Positions 42,599 through 56,058 of a DNA stretch of 64,000 nt are shown here, piece by piece. The notes under the pieces are model-generated. The model saw nothing but the letters and a program-made list of their open reading frames with translations, was not told where the DNA came from and did not search any database. Both the position numbers and the translations under genes were made by a program. This stretch comes from Octopus bimaculoides (Eukaryota). Positions within the stretch are counted from its first letter, which is position 1. Every line of letters starts with the position of its first letter. The stretch covers positions 12,928,337-12,992,336 of the forward strand of contig NC_068999.1 in NCBI RefSeq assembly GCF_001194135.2, in the 5' to 3' direction.

Positions 42599-42635
<37 letters not shown>

Positions 42636-44460
42636 ATAAGTCACTCTGCCCTAATTATTCTACGGGATAGTGGAGGATAAGAAAAAGAAACGTATTATCA
42701 ATTTGAAAGTCCAACTTCAAGAATATCATAAACTACAGTGATTCAAATACAGATAGACTAAGGAGACGCTTATAGAGGAAACTCCTATGTGTTAACCAAT
42801 ATTATAGAATCAATGCAGCGACTAACAGCTATAAGATATTCAACATAAATAATGTTAAAGTCAGCTGGAGTGGTGAAAACGATATAAGGACGATAATGAT
42901 AAAACATAATAATAATAAACACACAAGAAATGCCCCCCCCAAAAAAAAATACATAACAGTAGTTCTGTATACTGCTTCCATCTAAGTTGTAGCTTTTATT
43001 CAAATCATAGGTCCCAACAGAGTAACAAAGGCGTTTATCAGGATGACAGACAATATATGTATGTACGTGTGGTTATATCTGTATGAGGGACGTGTTTTGC
43101 TATATATTCATGTTAGTTTAATTCCGTATTTATTAATAATTGTACTTGCGCATAGATGTATTATACAAAACTATGCTTGTTGTTTATGTATTCATGCTTA
43201 ACATGTCATGCCAAAAATGCATTCATTGCAAATGGAAGAAATTTATATACATATATGTGAAATAGAAGGAATGGGGCTTATGCTACGTGTATCAAAATAA
43301 TGAGGTGTCTAAGGAAATGCATTTCTCACGCTTCATTGTTTCGTGTTACTCCAGTAGAAACAGGACTGATTTCGGCTGTCTAGTATGTGAAATGTTGCAT
43401 AAATATTTTTCGGTGGTTCATTGAGCATGTTCTATGTATATATTTCCATGATTTTTTCGTAAAATTATGTAAACGTATAAGCGTACACAAAAAAAAAAAT
43501 ACAAGCACACATTATATAATACATTATTCACATTATTTACATTTGACAGATGTTTGTCCTCATCTTGTTTGTTGTTAATACAACGTTTTGGCTGATATAG
43601 CCTTCGTCAAAGGTAAATAATGTATAAAGAACGTACATGATTACTCATCTCTTAAATATAGAACTCTATACATATAATGTTTCACATAATATCGAAAGAT
43701 AATTGTATATAAGGATAGTATTGTTTATAAAAATATCAGTGGCTTAGAATTCGTAAAAAAAACATAAAGCTAAAATTATCAATTCATAGTTAAGGGCACT
43801 ATAGGCCGTGCGAGCATGCTCCAATAGCAGTAAATTGACCGAACTGCAAGTTTTCACTTAAACACAAAGGTGAAGACGGGCCAAAAAGAACTAAACAATT
43901 AATATCCCGTACCAATAATGAGAATAGACGAAAATAGAGAAAGTCAGACATACGCGTATCACCGTACTTTCGAACTTTATTTAGTCCCCACCAGGTCTTA
44001 TATATATACATAATGTAATATATATATATACGTATATATATATATATATATATATATNNNNNNNNNNNNNNNNNNNNNNNNNNNNNNNNNNNNNNNNNNN
44101 NNNNNNNNNNNNNNNNNNNNNNNNNNNNNNNNNNNNNNNNNNNNNNNNNNNNNNNNNNNNNNNNNNNNNNNNNNNNNNNNNNNNNNNNNNNNNNNNNNNN
44201 NNNNNNNNNNNNNNNNNNNNNNNNNNNNNNNNNNNNNNNNNNNNNNNNNNNNNNNNNNNNNNNNNNNNNNNNNNNNNNNNNNNNNNNNNNNNNNNNNNNN
44301 NNNNNNNNNNNNNNNNNNNNNNNNNNNNNNNNNNNNNNNNNNNNNNNNNNNNNNNNNNNNNNNNNNNNNNNNNNNNNNNNNNNNNNNNNNNNNNNNNNNN
44401 NNNNNNNNNNNNNNNNNNNNNNNNNNNNNNNNNNNNNNNNNNNNNNNTATACATATGTAT

Positions 44461-44557
44461 ATAGGAAAATGAAAAAAAGCCAGAATGCTGAACTGGAAGC
44501 ATATTTTATTAAAATATGCTTCCAGTTCAGCATTCTGGCTTTTTTTTATTTTCCTAT
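44461..44557. repeat. 97-bp near-perfect palindrome (47-bp arms, 3-nt loop)
   Basis: ATAGGAAAATGAAAAAAAGCCAGAATGCTGAACTGGAAGCATATTTT-ATT-AAAATATGCTTCCAGTTCAGCATTCTGGCTTTTTTTTATTTTCCTAT; one G/T mismatch. Confidence 0.97.
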
Positions 44558-44598
44558 TATTTCTCCACGTGCGGTTAACACAACCCCACTATTTACTG

Positions 44599-44664
<66 letters not shown>

Positions 44665-44769
44665 ATATATATATATATATATACAAGGAAAATAAGACGG
44701 AAGAATATACTAAAATATGTTTAACATGAAGTACGTTTAGTTCAGGTTTCCGCGAATGTAGACTTTCAA

Positions 44770-44990
44770 CTAAGAGTAAAATACGAAAACCATTTAAATT
44801 GGAGACAAATATTGAGTGAAATGTTTTGTAGATATTCTAATATGGATAGTACCAGGGCTATATAATATAAAGTGTCCATGAAGACTACTGCACTACCTTT
44901 GTCGGCCACTTTGATAGAAATTGTGTTATCATGTTTTAATCTGTTCATCTCAGCCGATTCTTTTTTGCTGAAGTTTGCTTTGAATTTCTA
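44770..44990 (-). mobile_element. Penelope-like element, N-terminal RT fragment (inverted)
   Basis: The minus strand reads ANFSKKESAEMNRLKHDNTISIKVADKGSAVVFMDTLYY, matching the Penelope motif NLS..E..AL..L.....I.IKPADKG.AVV.MD...Y. Confidence 0.85.
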
Positions 44991-45089
44991 TTTATGTATA
45001 AGCTGACATGGGTAATTCGTGATGTGTTCACAGAAACGGTCAAGAATGGTGTCCTTACCTTTTGACAGAATGCTGTTACTTTTATTCTA

Positions 45090-45575
45090 GACTAACGAGA
45101 CATAATATTATATAAACTAAAGTATCCACTTATCTGCAGGATCTACCCAGAATCACTAATTGATATAGGCTTTCAACTCAATATCCACGAACTCAGAAAC
45201 CACAAACTAAAGAAGGATTTACAGCCAAAAGCCTTACCATACATATCTACACACAAACCCCTTCGACACCATCCTCTACAGCATATCTTTCCTAAAATGG
45301 CCCTATAGAATTTATCACATCTTGAAAATACACACCATCGTACAGAGCAAAAGACAACCAAACTCAATGACAAATCTTCTAACACAGGCCAACAACATCG
45401 TAACCGACATGAACAAAATACAGAAGACCTAACTATGGTATATGTAACAACCTAATAAAGGGATCGGAATTCTCTTTCAAGCTGGGCCAACGTTTCACAG
45501 TCAAAAACAACTTCACATGTGCTTCGGAAAACCCAATATATGTATTAACTTGCTGAGGGTGACAAGAACAATATA
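45090..45575 (+). mobile_element. Penelope-like element, C-terminal fragment truncated inside the GIY-YIG domain
   Basis: YPESLIDIG...LPYISTH...FKLGQRFTVKNNFTCASENPIYVLTC*G*QEQYI has the same motifs and spacing as the copy at 8410-9480. Confidence 0.85.
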
Positions 45576-45583
45576 TTTTTTTC

Positions 45584-45803
45584 GGAACCCTTCTCCACTT
45601 CGGTCTTCGAAGGTCTCGTTCGAATGTTTGCTACTACCACCGAGATCTACACCCGCGGTCGGCTTCACCCGGGCTCGCGCCCGCGGCCTCCGTGCACGCC
45701 GCGGCGCCCTCCTACTCGACCGGGCATCGGAAAGTCACCTCGCCGGCGATCGCGCAACCTGTCGCTCGGCCGGTCCGGCATCGGTCGCTCGCTTCAGCGC
45801 CAT
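45584..45803 (-). rRNA. 28S: Isolated 28S (LSU) rRNA fragment, about 220 bp (orphan copy or pseudogene)
   Basis: The minus strand reads ATGGCGCTGAAGCG...GAGTAGGAGGGCGCCGCGGCG...GGTGTAGATCTCGGTGGTAGTAGCAAACATTCGAACGAGACCTTCGAAGACCGAAGTGGAGAAGGGTTCC, matching the conserved eukaryotic LSU core (…GCAGATCTTGGTGGTAGTAGCAAATATTCAAACGAGAACTTTGAAGGCCGAAGTGGAGAAGGGTTCC). It is a GC-rich island in AT-rich DNA. Confidence 0.95.
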
Positions 45804-45844
45804 TGGTCAAACTAAAAGCAGTTTACGTCAGAGGATGACGGTAC

Positions 45845-46034
45845 ATACATCATCATCATTATCATCCTCATCATCATCATCATCATCATCCTCACCATCA
45901 TCCTCATCATCATCATCATCATCAACATCATCATCTTCTTCATCTTCTCTTTCTTCTTCTTCTTCTTCTTCTTCTTCTTCTTCTTCTTCTTCTTCTTCTT
46001 CTTCTTCTTCTTCTTCTTCTTCTTCTTCTTCTTC
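45845..46034. repeat. (TCA)n followed by (TCT)n microsatellite running into a gap
   Basis: Directly visible. Confidence 0.97.
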
Positions 46035-48344
46035 NNNNNNNNNNNNNNNNNNNNNNNNNNNNNNNNNNNNNNNNNNNNNNNNNNNNNNNNNNNNNNNNNN
46101 NNNNNNNNNNNNNNNNNNNNNNNNNNNNNNNNNNNNNNNNNNNNNNNNNNNNNNNNNNNNNNNNNNNNNNNNNNNNNNNNNNNNNNNNNNNNNNNNNNNN
46201 NNNNNNNNNNNNNNNNNNNNNNNNNNNNNNNNNNNNNNNNNNNNNNNNNNNNNNNNNNNNNNNNNNNNNNNNNNNNNNNNNNNNNNNNNNNNNNNNNNNN
46301 NNNNNNNNNNNNNNNNNNNNNNNNNNNNNNNNNNNNNNNNNNNNNNNNNNNNNNNNNNNNNNNNNNNNNNNNNNNNNNNNNNNNNNNNNNNNNNNNNNNN
46401 NNNNNNNNNNNNNNNNNNNNNNNNNNNNNNNNNNNNNNNNNNNNNNNNNNNNNNNNNNNNNNNNNNNNNNNNNNNNNNNNNNNNNNNNNNNNNNNNNNNN
46501 NNNNNNNNNNNNNNNNNNNNNNNNNNNNNNNNNNNNNNNNNNNNNNNNNNNNNNNNNNNNNNNNNNNNNNNNNNNNNNNNNNNNNNNNNNNNNNNNNNNN
46601 NNNNNNNNNNNNNNNNNNNNNNNNNNNNNNNNNNNNNNNNNNNNNNNNNNNNNNNNNNNNNNNNNNNNNNNNNNNNNNNNNNNNNNNNNNNNNNNNNNNN
46701 NNNNNNNNNNNNNNNNNNNNNNNNNNNNNNNNNNNNNNNNNNNNNNNNNNNNNNNNNNNNNNNNNNNNNNNNNNNNNNNNNNNNNNNNNNNNNNNNNNNN
46801 NNNNNNNNNNNNNNNNNNNNNNNNNNNNNNNNNNNNNNNNNNNNNNNNNNNNNNNNNNNNNNNNNNNNNNNNNNNNNNNNNNNNNNNNNNNNNNNNNNNN
46901 NNNNNNNNNNNNNNNNNNNNNNNNNNNNNNNNNNNNNNNNNNNNNNNATGTGTGTGTGTGGGTGGGTGTGTGTGTGTGTGTATGTATGTGTGTGTGTGTG
47001 TACACATAACGTCCTCTTCATGGTGAAAATTTGGTATAAACAAAACAGTTAACTTTTGCTTGAATAATTGAAAACGATGCATATTAATAAAATTCCCATG
47101 TTAAAAATATTCTGTTATTTATCCATATATGCCAAAACAGTCACATTTATCAAAGCATTACTATGATTTAATAGGTAACTATTAGAAAATATACCCTCTT
47201 ACCAACATAATGTTCTTGTATATTTTATGTGTGCTATAAATATAACGGATTACGTTGAATAAACAAGTAACACTATTATCGCTAATTATTTTATCGACCA
47301 GGGAATATATAACGTTAACTACCCAAGGATTTAATGGCAGATGTTCAGTGATACGTTCCTAAATCAGACACCGCTCTATTTCGTCTGGCTAATACTATTT
47401 CAGACACGTTGCGTCTACAGAGACTTGATAATAGAGAAATAATAGTAGCCAGTGCTTGTTGAGGTGTAATTTGTTTCATTATGTTGATTTGTTTTTCGAT
47501 AAAAAGCAAACGCTGTACTTTGCCTTATTCTTCCTAAGTAATGAACAACAGTAATATATAACATACTTAGGGAATAGCCATAATGCAGTCAATGTACCTA
47601 TCAACCTAAATGTACATTGTTAGAAATACATCAAAATATATCCGACCAATTTACTGATTAATAACTTAAAACATCACATAGTGAAAGGCGTTCTAAATCT
47701 AGGGACGGCAGAGTGTCTTAGAATGTTCATATCTGAAAGGGAGTTTAGTAGTATTGTATTAGCCATGCTAACTAAAGCTAAGTAAATATTTAAAAAGTGT
47801 GGCACCACAGATTGCGCATTTGATTTTGGTTTATAGAAATTGTGACACATAAAATTATTCACTTACTTAAATCTGTTTTCTTCTTAATAAATTAAGGGGT
47901 TGAATTTTATGCTAATCGTCCCCTAAGATATTGTAAATGTGTGATGCAACGGAGTATACGACTTATATATGTATACTAGAAAGATTATCAAGTGCATTTG
48001 ATAAAAACATCCGTAATTTATATATATTATATGATATTAGTGAGACATTTGATATGTTTTAATAGGTAATGAGAAATAACACTACCCAACATTTACTACA
48101 TGTAATATATTAATAAACATGATTAACGTTGTGTAATGAAGATTGAATGCAAATAAATTCTCTTGTTTATATATAACAGTGTTACATTAATGAATACGAA
48201 TTACATAATATAGGAATTGTATAATATAAATATCTACAGTAAAATTTTCAGAGACTGAAGATTACTTGTGTATACCGTCTGTAGTCCTGAGACTACTTCT
48301 TCACACCGAAAACATGAATTTCTATCTGGATATTGATTTCAGAG

Positions 48345-48720
48345 TTTAGCACAAGGCCAGCACTGGGGAAAAGGAAAGTCAATTACACGGACGCTAGTGC
48401 CATGCTGCTACTTGTTAGATACACACCTAAAAGGAGGAAAAGAAAATTATACAGCGGTCAAATTTTAACTGGGATCGTAAATACGGGCAAAAACCGTTAA
48501 GGAATTTGCTCTCTGTGCTTACGGATTTGCTAAATTTCCGTCTTTTTTGTTTCTCGATATCGGCTTCAACTTTAGCACAGAAGCAGTAATTTCCGTCATG
48601 CGATTAAATCGATTGCATACACCCCAGTGTTCAACTAGTGCTTACTTTATCGACCCGGAATGTATGAAGGGAAAAGGCAACCAAGACACAATTTGAACAA
48701 GAAATTAAAGACGGACTCGC
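48345..48720 (-). mobile_element. Two degenerate SINE family A copies in tandem
   Basis: TTTAGCACAAGGCCAGCA...AAGTCAATTACA.. (48345-48540) and TTTAGCACAG...ATCGATTGCATACACCCCAGTG..TACTTTATCGACCCGGAATGTATGAAGG...AATTTGAAC (48570-48720). Both match the reverse complement of 55451-55645. Confidence 0.7.
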
Positions 48721-49129
48721 CATGCTAATGACCCTCTCAGCTCACCGCTTTTTGAACGACAACAACAAAAACAACAACAGCAGCAATAGGGAAGATGGTG
48801 ATGTTTTAAATTTGTTCCGACAGAGCAGCATCTTCGGTGCAATGGATAAGTCGACAGTCGATTACATCGAACTATGTGCTCAAATGATATTTATTTTGTC
48901 GACACCAAAATGTCGAAAGGCATTGTCGCCATCGGCAGTATTAAAAATTACCATATATGTATTAACAGTCCAAAGAATAAGGAAAACCTGTATCTTATAC
49001 ATTTCCGATTTAGCCAATCCAAATCGGCTCACCAAATGTGAAAAGTAAGCTTCCACGTTCTGCCGGAGCATGTTGGTAGAGCATTGACAAGCTTTTCTCT
49101 TATTGGAGCTGTCGCGAATGTTCATCTTT

Positions 49130-49400
49130 ACGGTCTCCTATGCTGCCTGCAGTCTACGCAATGTAGCTAACTGTCATGTTTCTGCACCGTCCTCAGTACA
49201 TCGAAAGCTATACACTACATTTCTAAGCTTATAGTTAACCTAGGAGCTCATTCTATATACAAGGCAATTGTACAGATCGGGATGTTAATGGGGTACCAAG
49301 GATTCTCTACTACTTTAATTCGTAGATTAGACTTACTTAACGGTTTTCTAAATGGTAAGCTAGTTCGCAGCAAGTGGTAGTGTCGAGGAACATGACATTC
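49130..49400 (+). mobile_element. Possible RTE-like LINE remnant (post-RT region)
   Basis: LGAHSIYKAIVQIGMLMGYQGF...RRLDLLNGF resembles RTE FYKAVVQ.VLLYG.E.W...LE.FH. One short motif only. Confidence 0.3.
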
Positions 49401-49973
49401 TGGTATTTGTTTGTTTGTTATCATACCAAGTTCTATTTATGTCATTACTCCTCCGTTCTGTGCAGTTCTAAGTTATACTCGTATAGAGCGTGCAGATCCC
49501 TTAGCATCACTCCTGTGTACATTCTACTATAGCCCGTCTGGTTGTAGCCGGGTCGCACATGCGAGATTCAATCGTCATCACTCTTATCAAGTCAGCTATA
49601 AGAATGTTTAACTTCGCGATGTTCAGAATAGGTGCATTTTTGTGAACAACGTATTTAGAGGCCATTGGTTTGGCATAATGAGATTGAAGGATCTAGACAT
49701 TACTCCTCTTCGGTTTTACCCAGAGTTCAATGTCTCAAACTGGTAATCTATACGTAGGGTGTTAACTAGGGTAGTATCTCTTTATTTCTCTGATCCATCT
49801 GTTCCATCTCCCTTTAGGGGTCTTCTTGGCCATAGAAGTTACAGTGGGGAGGTCTACCTCTTTTCACTCCAGTGAGGAAGAAATGGCGAAGGTCAGGTTT
49901 ATCTAGGTACTCATTGCCACATGTCAGCCTGGAGAGGAGGCCTACTATCTCCACAGTAAAGCCAAATCGAAAA

Positions 49974-50007
<34 letters not shown>

Positions 50008-50535
50008 NNNNNNNNNNNNNNNNNNNNNNNNNNNNNNNNNNNNNNNNNNNNNNNNNNNNNNNNNNNNNNNNNNNNNNNNNNNNNNNNNNNNNNNNNNNNN
50101 NNNNNNNNNNNNNNNNNNNNNNNNNNNNNNNNNNNNNNNNNNNNNNNNNNNNNNNNNNNNNNNNNNNNNNNNNNNNNNNNNNNNNNNNNNNNNNNNNNNN
50201 NNNNNNNNNNNNNNNNNNNNNNNNNNNNNNNNNNNNNNNNNNNNNNNNNNNNNNNNNNNNNNNNNNNNNNNNNNNNNNNNNNNNNNNNNNNNNNNNNNNN
50301 NNNNNNNNNNNNNNNNNNNNNNNNNNNNNNNNNNNNNNNNNNNNNNNNNNNNNNNNNNNNNNNNNNNNNNNNNNNNNNNNNNNNNNNNNNNNNNNNNNNN
50401 NNNNNNNNNNNNNNNNNNNNNNNNNNNNNNNNNNNNNNNNNNNNNNNNNNNNNNNNNNNNNNNNNNNNNNNNNNNNNNNNNNNNNNNNNNNNNNNNNNNN
50501 NNNNNNNNNNNNNNNNNNNNNNNNNNNNNNNNNNN

Positions 50536-50570
<35 letters not shown>

Positions 50571-50739
50571 CATATATATATTTATAGCCATATATCCATG
50601 CGGTGCTTCAGCATGCCCATGCTCCAATGACTGAAACAATTTACAGATACAACGTATAAACACGTAATAACACACTCACGCACCCGTTCGAACACCCCAT
50701 GTCTCCACACCAACATATATATACATATATATATACGAT

Positions 50740-50900
50740 TGACTTGTTTCCGTCTACCAGATTTCCCTATCCACTCACATGGTTTTAGGTAACTCAGTAC
50801 TATAATGTTTATACTGGAAGTCATTAGACCAGAGAGCCTTGCTGCGGGATTGAGACTAAGCCCGCATATTTGGTAGACAAGCTATTTAGTACTCAAAACT
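50740..50900 (-). mobile_element. SINE family B, degenerate 5'/central part
   Basis: Plus-strand TTGTTTCCGTCTACCA...ATCCACTCACA is shared with 63536-63600 (TTTCAGTTCCCGTCTACGAAATCCACTCA). Confidence 0.55.
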
Positions 50901-51407
50901 GATAAGTTTGTTTACTAGAAATAGCTTAACTGTAACATCAAACGTACTGTTATAATAATTAAACTTCCTGTTCCTTGTATGTTTATATCTTTCCATATTT
51001 CCTCACACTAGAGCAAAAACAATGTTCTTCCTTTAAGAGTAGTTTTTCTATGCCTGCTTTATGATTCTCACTAAGACTGGTCGTGCTCTTATTCAATCGA
51101 CGTTATCAGAATTTTACTATTCTGCCAGCCTTGACGATATAAACAGTTGCCAGAGTATATTCCCGTCGTATATGCTAAAATTCTATCGATTAAATCTCAA
51201 GTCCCAAAGTCTTATTTTTCACTTTATGCGGTGTTGGGAGGGAATTATGTGAAACGTCCCTGAAAATTATATTCAAGTGCGAAGAAGTAAATAAATGACC
51301 ACCATCCTATCTATCTATCACTCCTCTCACTCTCTCTCTTTATATGTTCAGATAGATAGATAGATTAGATAGATGAAAATATATTATACACACACACACA
51401 TACACAT

Positions 51408-51496
<89 letters not shown>

Positions 51497-53112
51497 TGCC
51501 GCATGTTAACCAGCCNNNNNNNNNNNNNNNNNNNNNNNNNNNNNNNNNNNNNNNNNNNNNNNNNNNNNNNNNNNNNNNNNNNNNNNNNNNNNNNNNNNNN
51601 NNNNNNNNNNNNNNNNNNNNNNNNNNNNNNNNNNNNNNNNNNNNNNNNNNNNNNNNNNNNNNNNNNNNNNNNNNNNNNNNNNNNNNNNNNNNNNNNNNNN
51701 NNNNNNNNNNNNNNNNNNNNNNNNNNNNNNNNNNNNNNNNNNNNNNNNNNNNNNNNNNNNNNNNNNNNNNNNNNNNNNNNNNNNNNNNNNNNNNNNNNNN
51801 NNNNNNNNNNNNNNNNNNNNNNNNNNNNNNNNNNNNNNNNNNNNNNNNNNNNNNNNNNNNNNNNNNNNNNNNNNNNNNNNNNNNNNNNNNNNNNTATATA
51901 TATATATATATATATAGATAAATATACATATATATATATAGACAGAGGGAGATATATTTTAGTGTGTACATGTATGTGTGCATGTATCTATGTCTGTGTC
52001 AGTGTGTGTGTGTGTGTTAATTGAAGTGTGGTATTGTGCGCGCCGTTAATTTTCTCTATAATTAATGTGAGACAAAAAGTAAACTACCGAGATGTAATTA
52101 TATTCTGGTAACATTTTTTTCAGTCACTTTAAATATGATTTACCTTAAATTATATGAAGCCTTGTAATCATACTATTAAACCTTAAGTGTATTTTTCTAA
52201 AATTTTTAAACGATATTCATTGATTTGTTTTACGTCTCCAAAATTGTAAGAGACACCAACTTCAAAGCATATAATTTTAAGATATTGAGATCATAAATAT
52301 ATTCCATGCAACTCGGTAATAATGTGAGTTTTTTGAAGATAATTATATTTACCAACAACCGTTCCTGCAAAAAAATGTATATGTTAATATAGTAATAAAA
52401 AATAATGCTATTCGATACAGTTTGTTACCTACCAAAATATGACTTTCATGTTGAACTAAACTACATTATCATATTGTTCAGAATATATGACCAAAAAGTA
52501 ATTGCATTTGTGAAGGTGATACCTCCGGCTTTGTGGGATTTGATTCCTATTAGCGATTTTACTACCATTCTCTTTTAAATGAACAGTACTTCAAAATGCA
52601 ATTATTTTGACAATATATATTAATATGTAAAGATAAATATAGCATAAATGACTGGTTTACTATAATTCCTGGGAGACCGTTAATATGGCTGTAATGATTT
52701 AGTTATACGTAGAGATTTAAATAATTTGATATATTTTAGTTTTCAATTTACGATCTTCTTCAAAGGGGACATAACTACTTGCACCAACACATTCAAGAGA
52801 AAAAATCATTCTCTTCTTTTATTATCCTTACACTCTAACTCCCACTTTCTCTCTTGACCGCTCTATATTTGATTACGCATTACCGATTATTTTGGTTTCA
52901 ATTTAGAACTACATTTCTAAATGTGAGTTTAGATTTCAGTGCAAATATGTGGCTGTCCCTCTGTCCAGTGTGTATGAGCGCCTGTTAGAACCTGGCTTCA
53001 TGCGACTGCGACCAGCATGGTTATAAAATATACTTTATATATTTTCATCTCTCGCCCGCTTTATCTGTCCCACTCCTCTCTGTCTCACAAACCTCTCCAT
53101 GCGTATATACAT

Positions 53113-53156
<44 letters not shown>

Positions 53157-55450
53157 ATATGAAGAGAGAGAGAAAGAGAGAGGAGATCAGTTATATATGC
53201 ACATACTCACACACACGTTCTGCGTGTGTATATCGGATTAATGATATAGAATCTGATTTCTATATTTTCCGTGTTACTAGTTTCAGTTACTAGACAATTG
53301 TTCTGCTGTACAACACCCAATAGATGTCTCTGTCGATTATGCAAACACACCTATTTGGTTTAAAAAATTATCTCAATGACCTATTGTTCGCAGCAAGTAT
53401 TGCAATGCCATAAAGAGATTTCAGTCAGCTTAGAATTCAAACTACACCATTAAACTTCTTCCGAATATAACGAGGAATGCTGATTTAATTTCATATAATT
53501 ATACTCATTTTACATCTATGTATTTGACGTTATTCTGTAAATTTTCCATTGCTTAACAAATATATTTTCTCCCCGTGTTAATTGCGAAATTGGCAAAGAT
53601 AGATGCTTAGATTATTTACAATGAGATGGATAAGGCATCGAGTGTGAAATCATATAAAAATATAGTGTTGTTCTGATAGGAATACTATAATTACAAATAC
53701 GGTATGAAATAAAAGTCAATTAATTTATTATAATTATCATTCCTTTGTATGTTTATATCCTATGTGATGTTATATATTATTCACCTTCATGCGTTTTTGC
53801 AGTTGTTTCCGATCTTATTTTCGTTTGCGATCATTGATAATAATGAATGTGGAGTAGATTACGTGTTGGGGAAGAAATATGAAATAGAAAATAAAAGCGC
53901 AGGAAATAGGTTTCTAAAAAAATTCATTAATACTTGCTACTTTAATGAGTTTAAAATTGTTTGTTAACTGTTGGCTATGATTTCATGTTCTTTTTTCTTC
54001 TCCTTTGAACCTCTTAAAATATTACTATGATGGATATATGAAAAGCACTGCATTTCTTTCGCTATACACATCAGTAATCATTAACTATGTCTCCCCTTAT
54101 CCCATATAAGGAGTGCAATAGAACGAGTCTCTCGTCATATGAATGTGTCTCTATACTCGATATCATTTTAAAGCTTAATATTTTACACTGCACTTCAACA
54201 GAGCTAGGACGTTAGTCTCTGTAACATTTTGTTTTCTATTCTGGCACCTTTTCCAGATTGTCGCACTGGCCAGTGTTTATAAAGCTCAAAAATTGTATTT
54301 TTTTATGTAAAGCAACATTTAATAGGATAGGTCAATGGGAAAATGTTATTTCAAAGTCTTAAGGCCAAAGGAAACCAAACGAGACATATACCGAGGAGTA
54401 AGTTGGGTTCAAAGCCTTTTAGTTCAGAGCACAAGGATCAGTGAAGGAGCGATAGGTTAGTCACATAAAGGTGGAAATTGTTAGTCATCTAATGGATGCG
54501 CCGGTAATGAATGATTCTGCGCTCTTGAATGATATCTGATATATCAGGTAAGTATGAAAGTAGCTTTACGATTATATCCCTACTTTTGATCTTCGGTATA
54601 TCTGCAGCTGAGGATTTAAGTTTTAAGAGATTTACAAGTATTTAGTCATTGTATAAACGTTATCTCATTTACCATGATTATCGATGCGAGAGTTGCCTAT
54701 TAAAAAAAGAAAGAAAAGGAAGTGGTTAATTACATATTGTCAAATCTGAGAATACGTGATGAGACTTATTGTATTTCGATGTGATTAAGTAATTGCACTG
54801 TGGATCGAGAAAGAATGGATTCGCGATGTTAAAATAGCGTTCAAACATCCCTCAATTTTCTTCCTATTTCATTAACACTGACAGAACATACAGAATACTA
54901 TCGACTAAGATACTGTTCCATTAAAGCTAAATTGTGGATAAACAAAAGGAAAAAAGAAAAAAAAACAGTGACATTAGCAATTGCTTGTTTTGTTACAATT
55001 ATGATGCAGAAAATGTTGCTACCTCTCAGTAGATGTCGATGAATAAATTTCCTTGCGTGTTTCTTTTCTAACTTGATATACTTTTTGCTTTTCCATACAT
55101 TTAGAGTTCACATAATATGCTTCAGTATATTACACATTAGCAAATATTCATAGAATACTATCGATATTCAGCTCAGGACGAGATGCATCACCGAATGCAA
55201 TGTTATTATGGTTCAGAAGGTTTGGATACATTTCAGATCAGCTGGATACGTTATTTATTTGATAAATATAGCGCATGTATGAGGCAGGAAACCACGCTTT
55301 TATTTTCAAAATATTGTTGCTACATCATTGATACTGCGTGTCACATGTGAATTACGTTAACAAGCAGCTAAAATATATAATGCTAGTATAGCGAAAGTAT
55401 ATCAGTCTAAATACCATCTAAATTATTAAGTTCCTCAAGTCAACGGTTTG

Positions 55451-55645
55451 GAAGAATCGTTAGTTTGCCGGGCAAAATGCCTAGCGGTATTTCGTCCGGC
55501 TATACCTTCTGGGTTCAAATGCCACCGGAGTCGACTATGCTTTTTGTTCTTTGGGGGTCAATAAAATGAGTGCCAGTTGAACATTGGGGACGATATAATC
55601 GACAATTCTCTTTTCCCGAAATTTCTGGCCTTGTGCCAAAAATTG
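55451..55645 (+). mobile_element. tRNA-derived SINE family A, near-complete monomer
   Basis: A-box-like TGGAAGAATCG, B-box-like GGTTCAAATGCC (55512-55523), central GGAGTCGACTATGC..TTTGGGGGTCAATAAAATGAGTGCCAGTT and tail GGCCTTGTGCCAAAA. Confidence 0.8.
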
Positions 55646-56007
55646 AATTTATGCGGTACATTTCATACAGTCAAGGACGTATTCAAGCGACACTGCATTT
55701 CAAATAAAAATAACCCTATGAGCGCCTCAAATGTTTTAATAGTCTGTAATATTTAGATTTTGAAATTGACACATGTATACACGCATGTCTGTATATNNNN
55801 NNNNNNNNNNNNNNNNNNNNNNNNNNNNNNNNNNNNNNNNNNNNNNNNNNNNNNNNNNNNNNNNNNNNNNNNNNNNNNNNNNNNNNNNNNNNNNNNNNNN
55901 NNNNNNNNNNNNNNNNNNNNNNNNNNNNNNNNNNNNNNNNNNNNNNNNNNNNNNNNNNNNNNNNNNNNNNNNNNNNNNNNNNNNNNNNNNNNNNNNNNNN
56001 NNNNNNN

Positions 56008-56038
<31 letters not shown>

Positions 56039-56058
56039 CGTATAGTTGCGCGGGTGTG

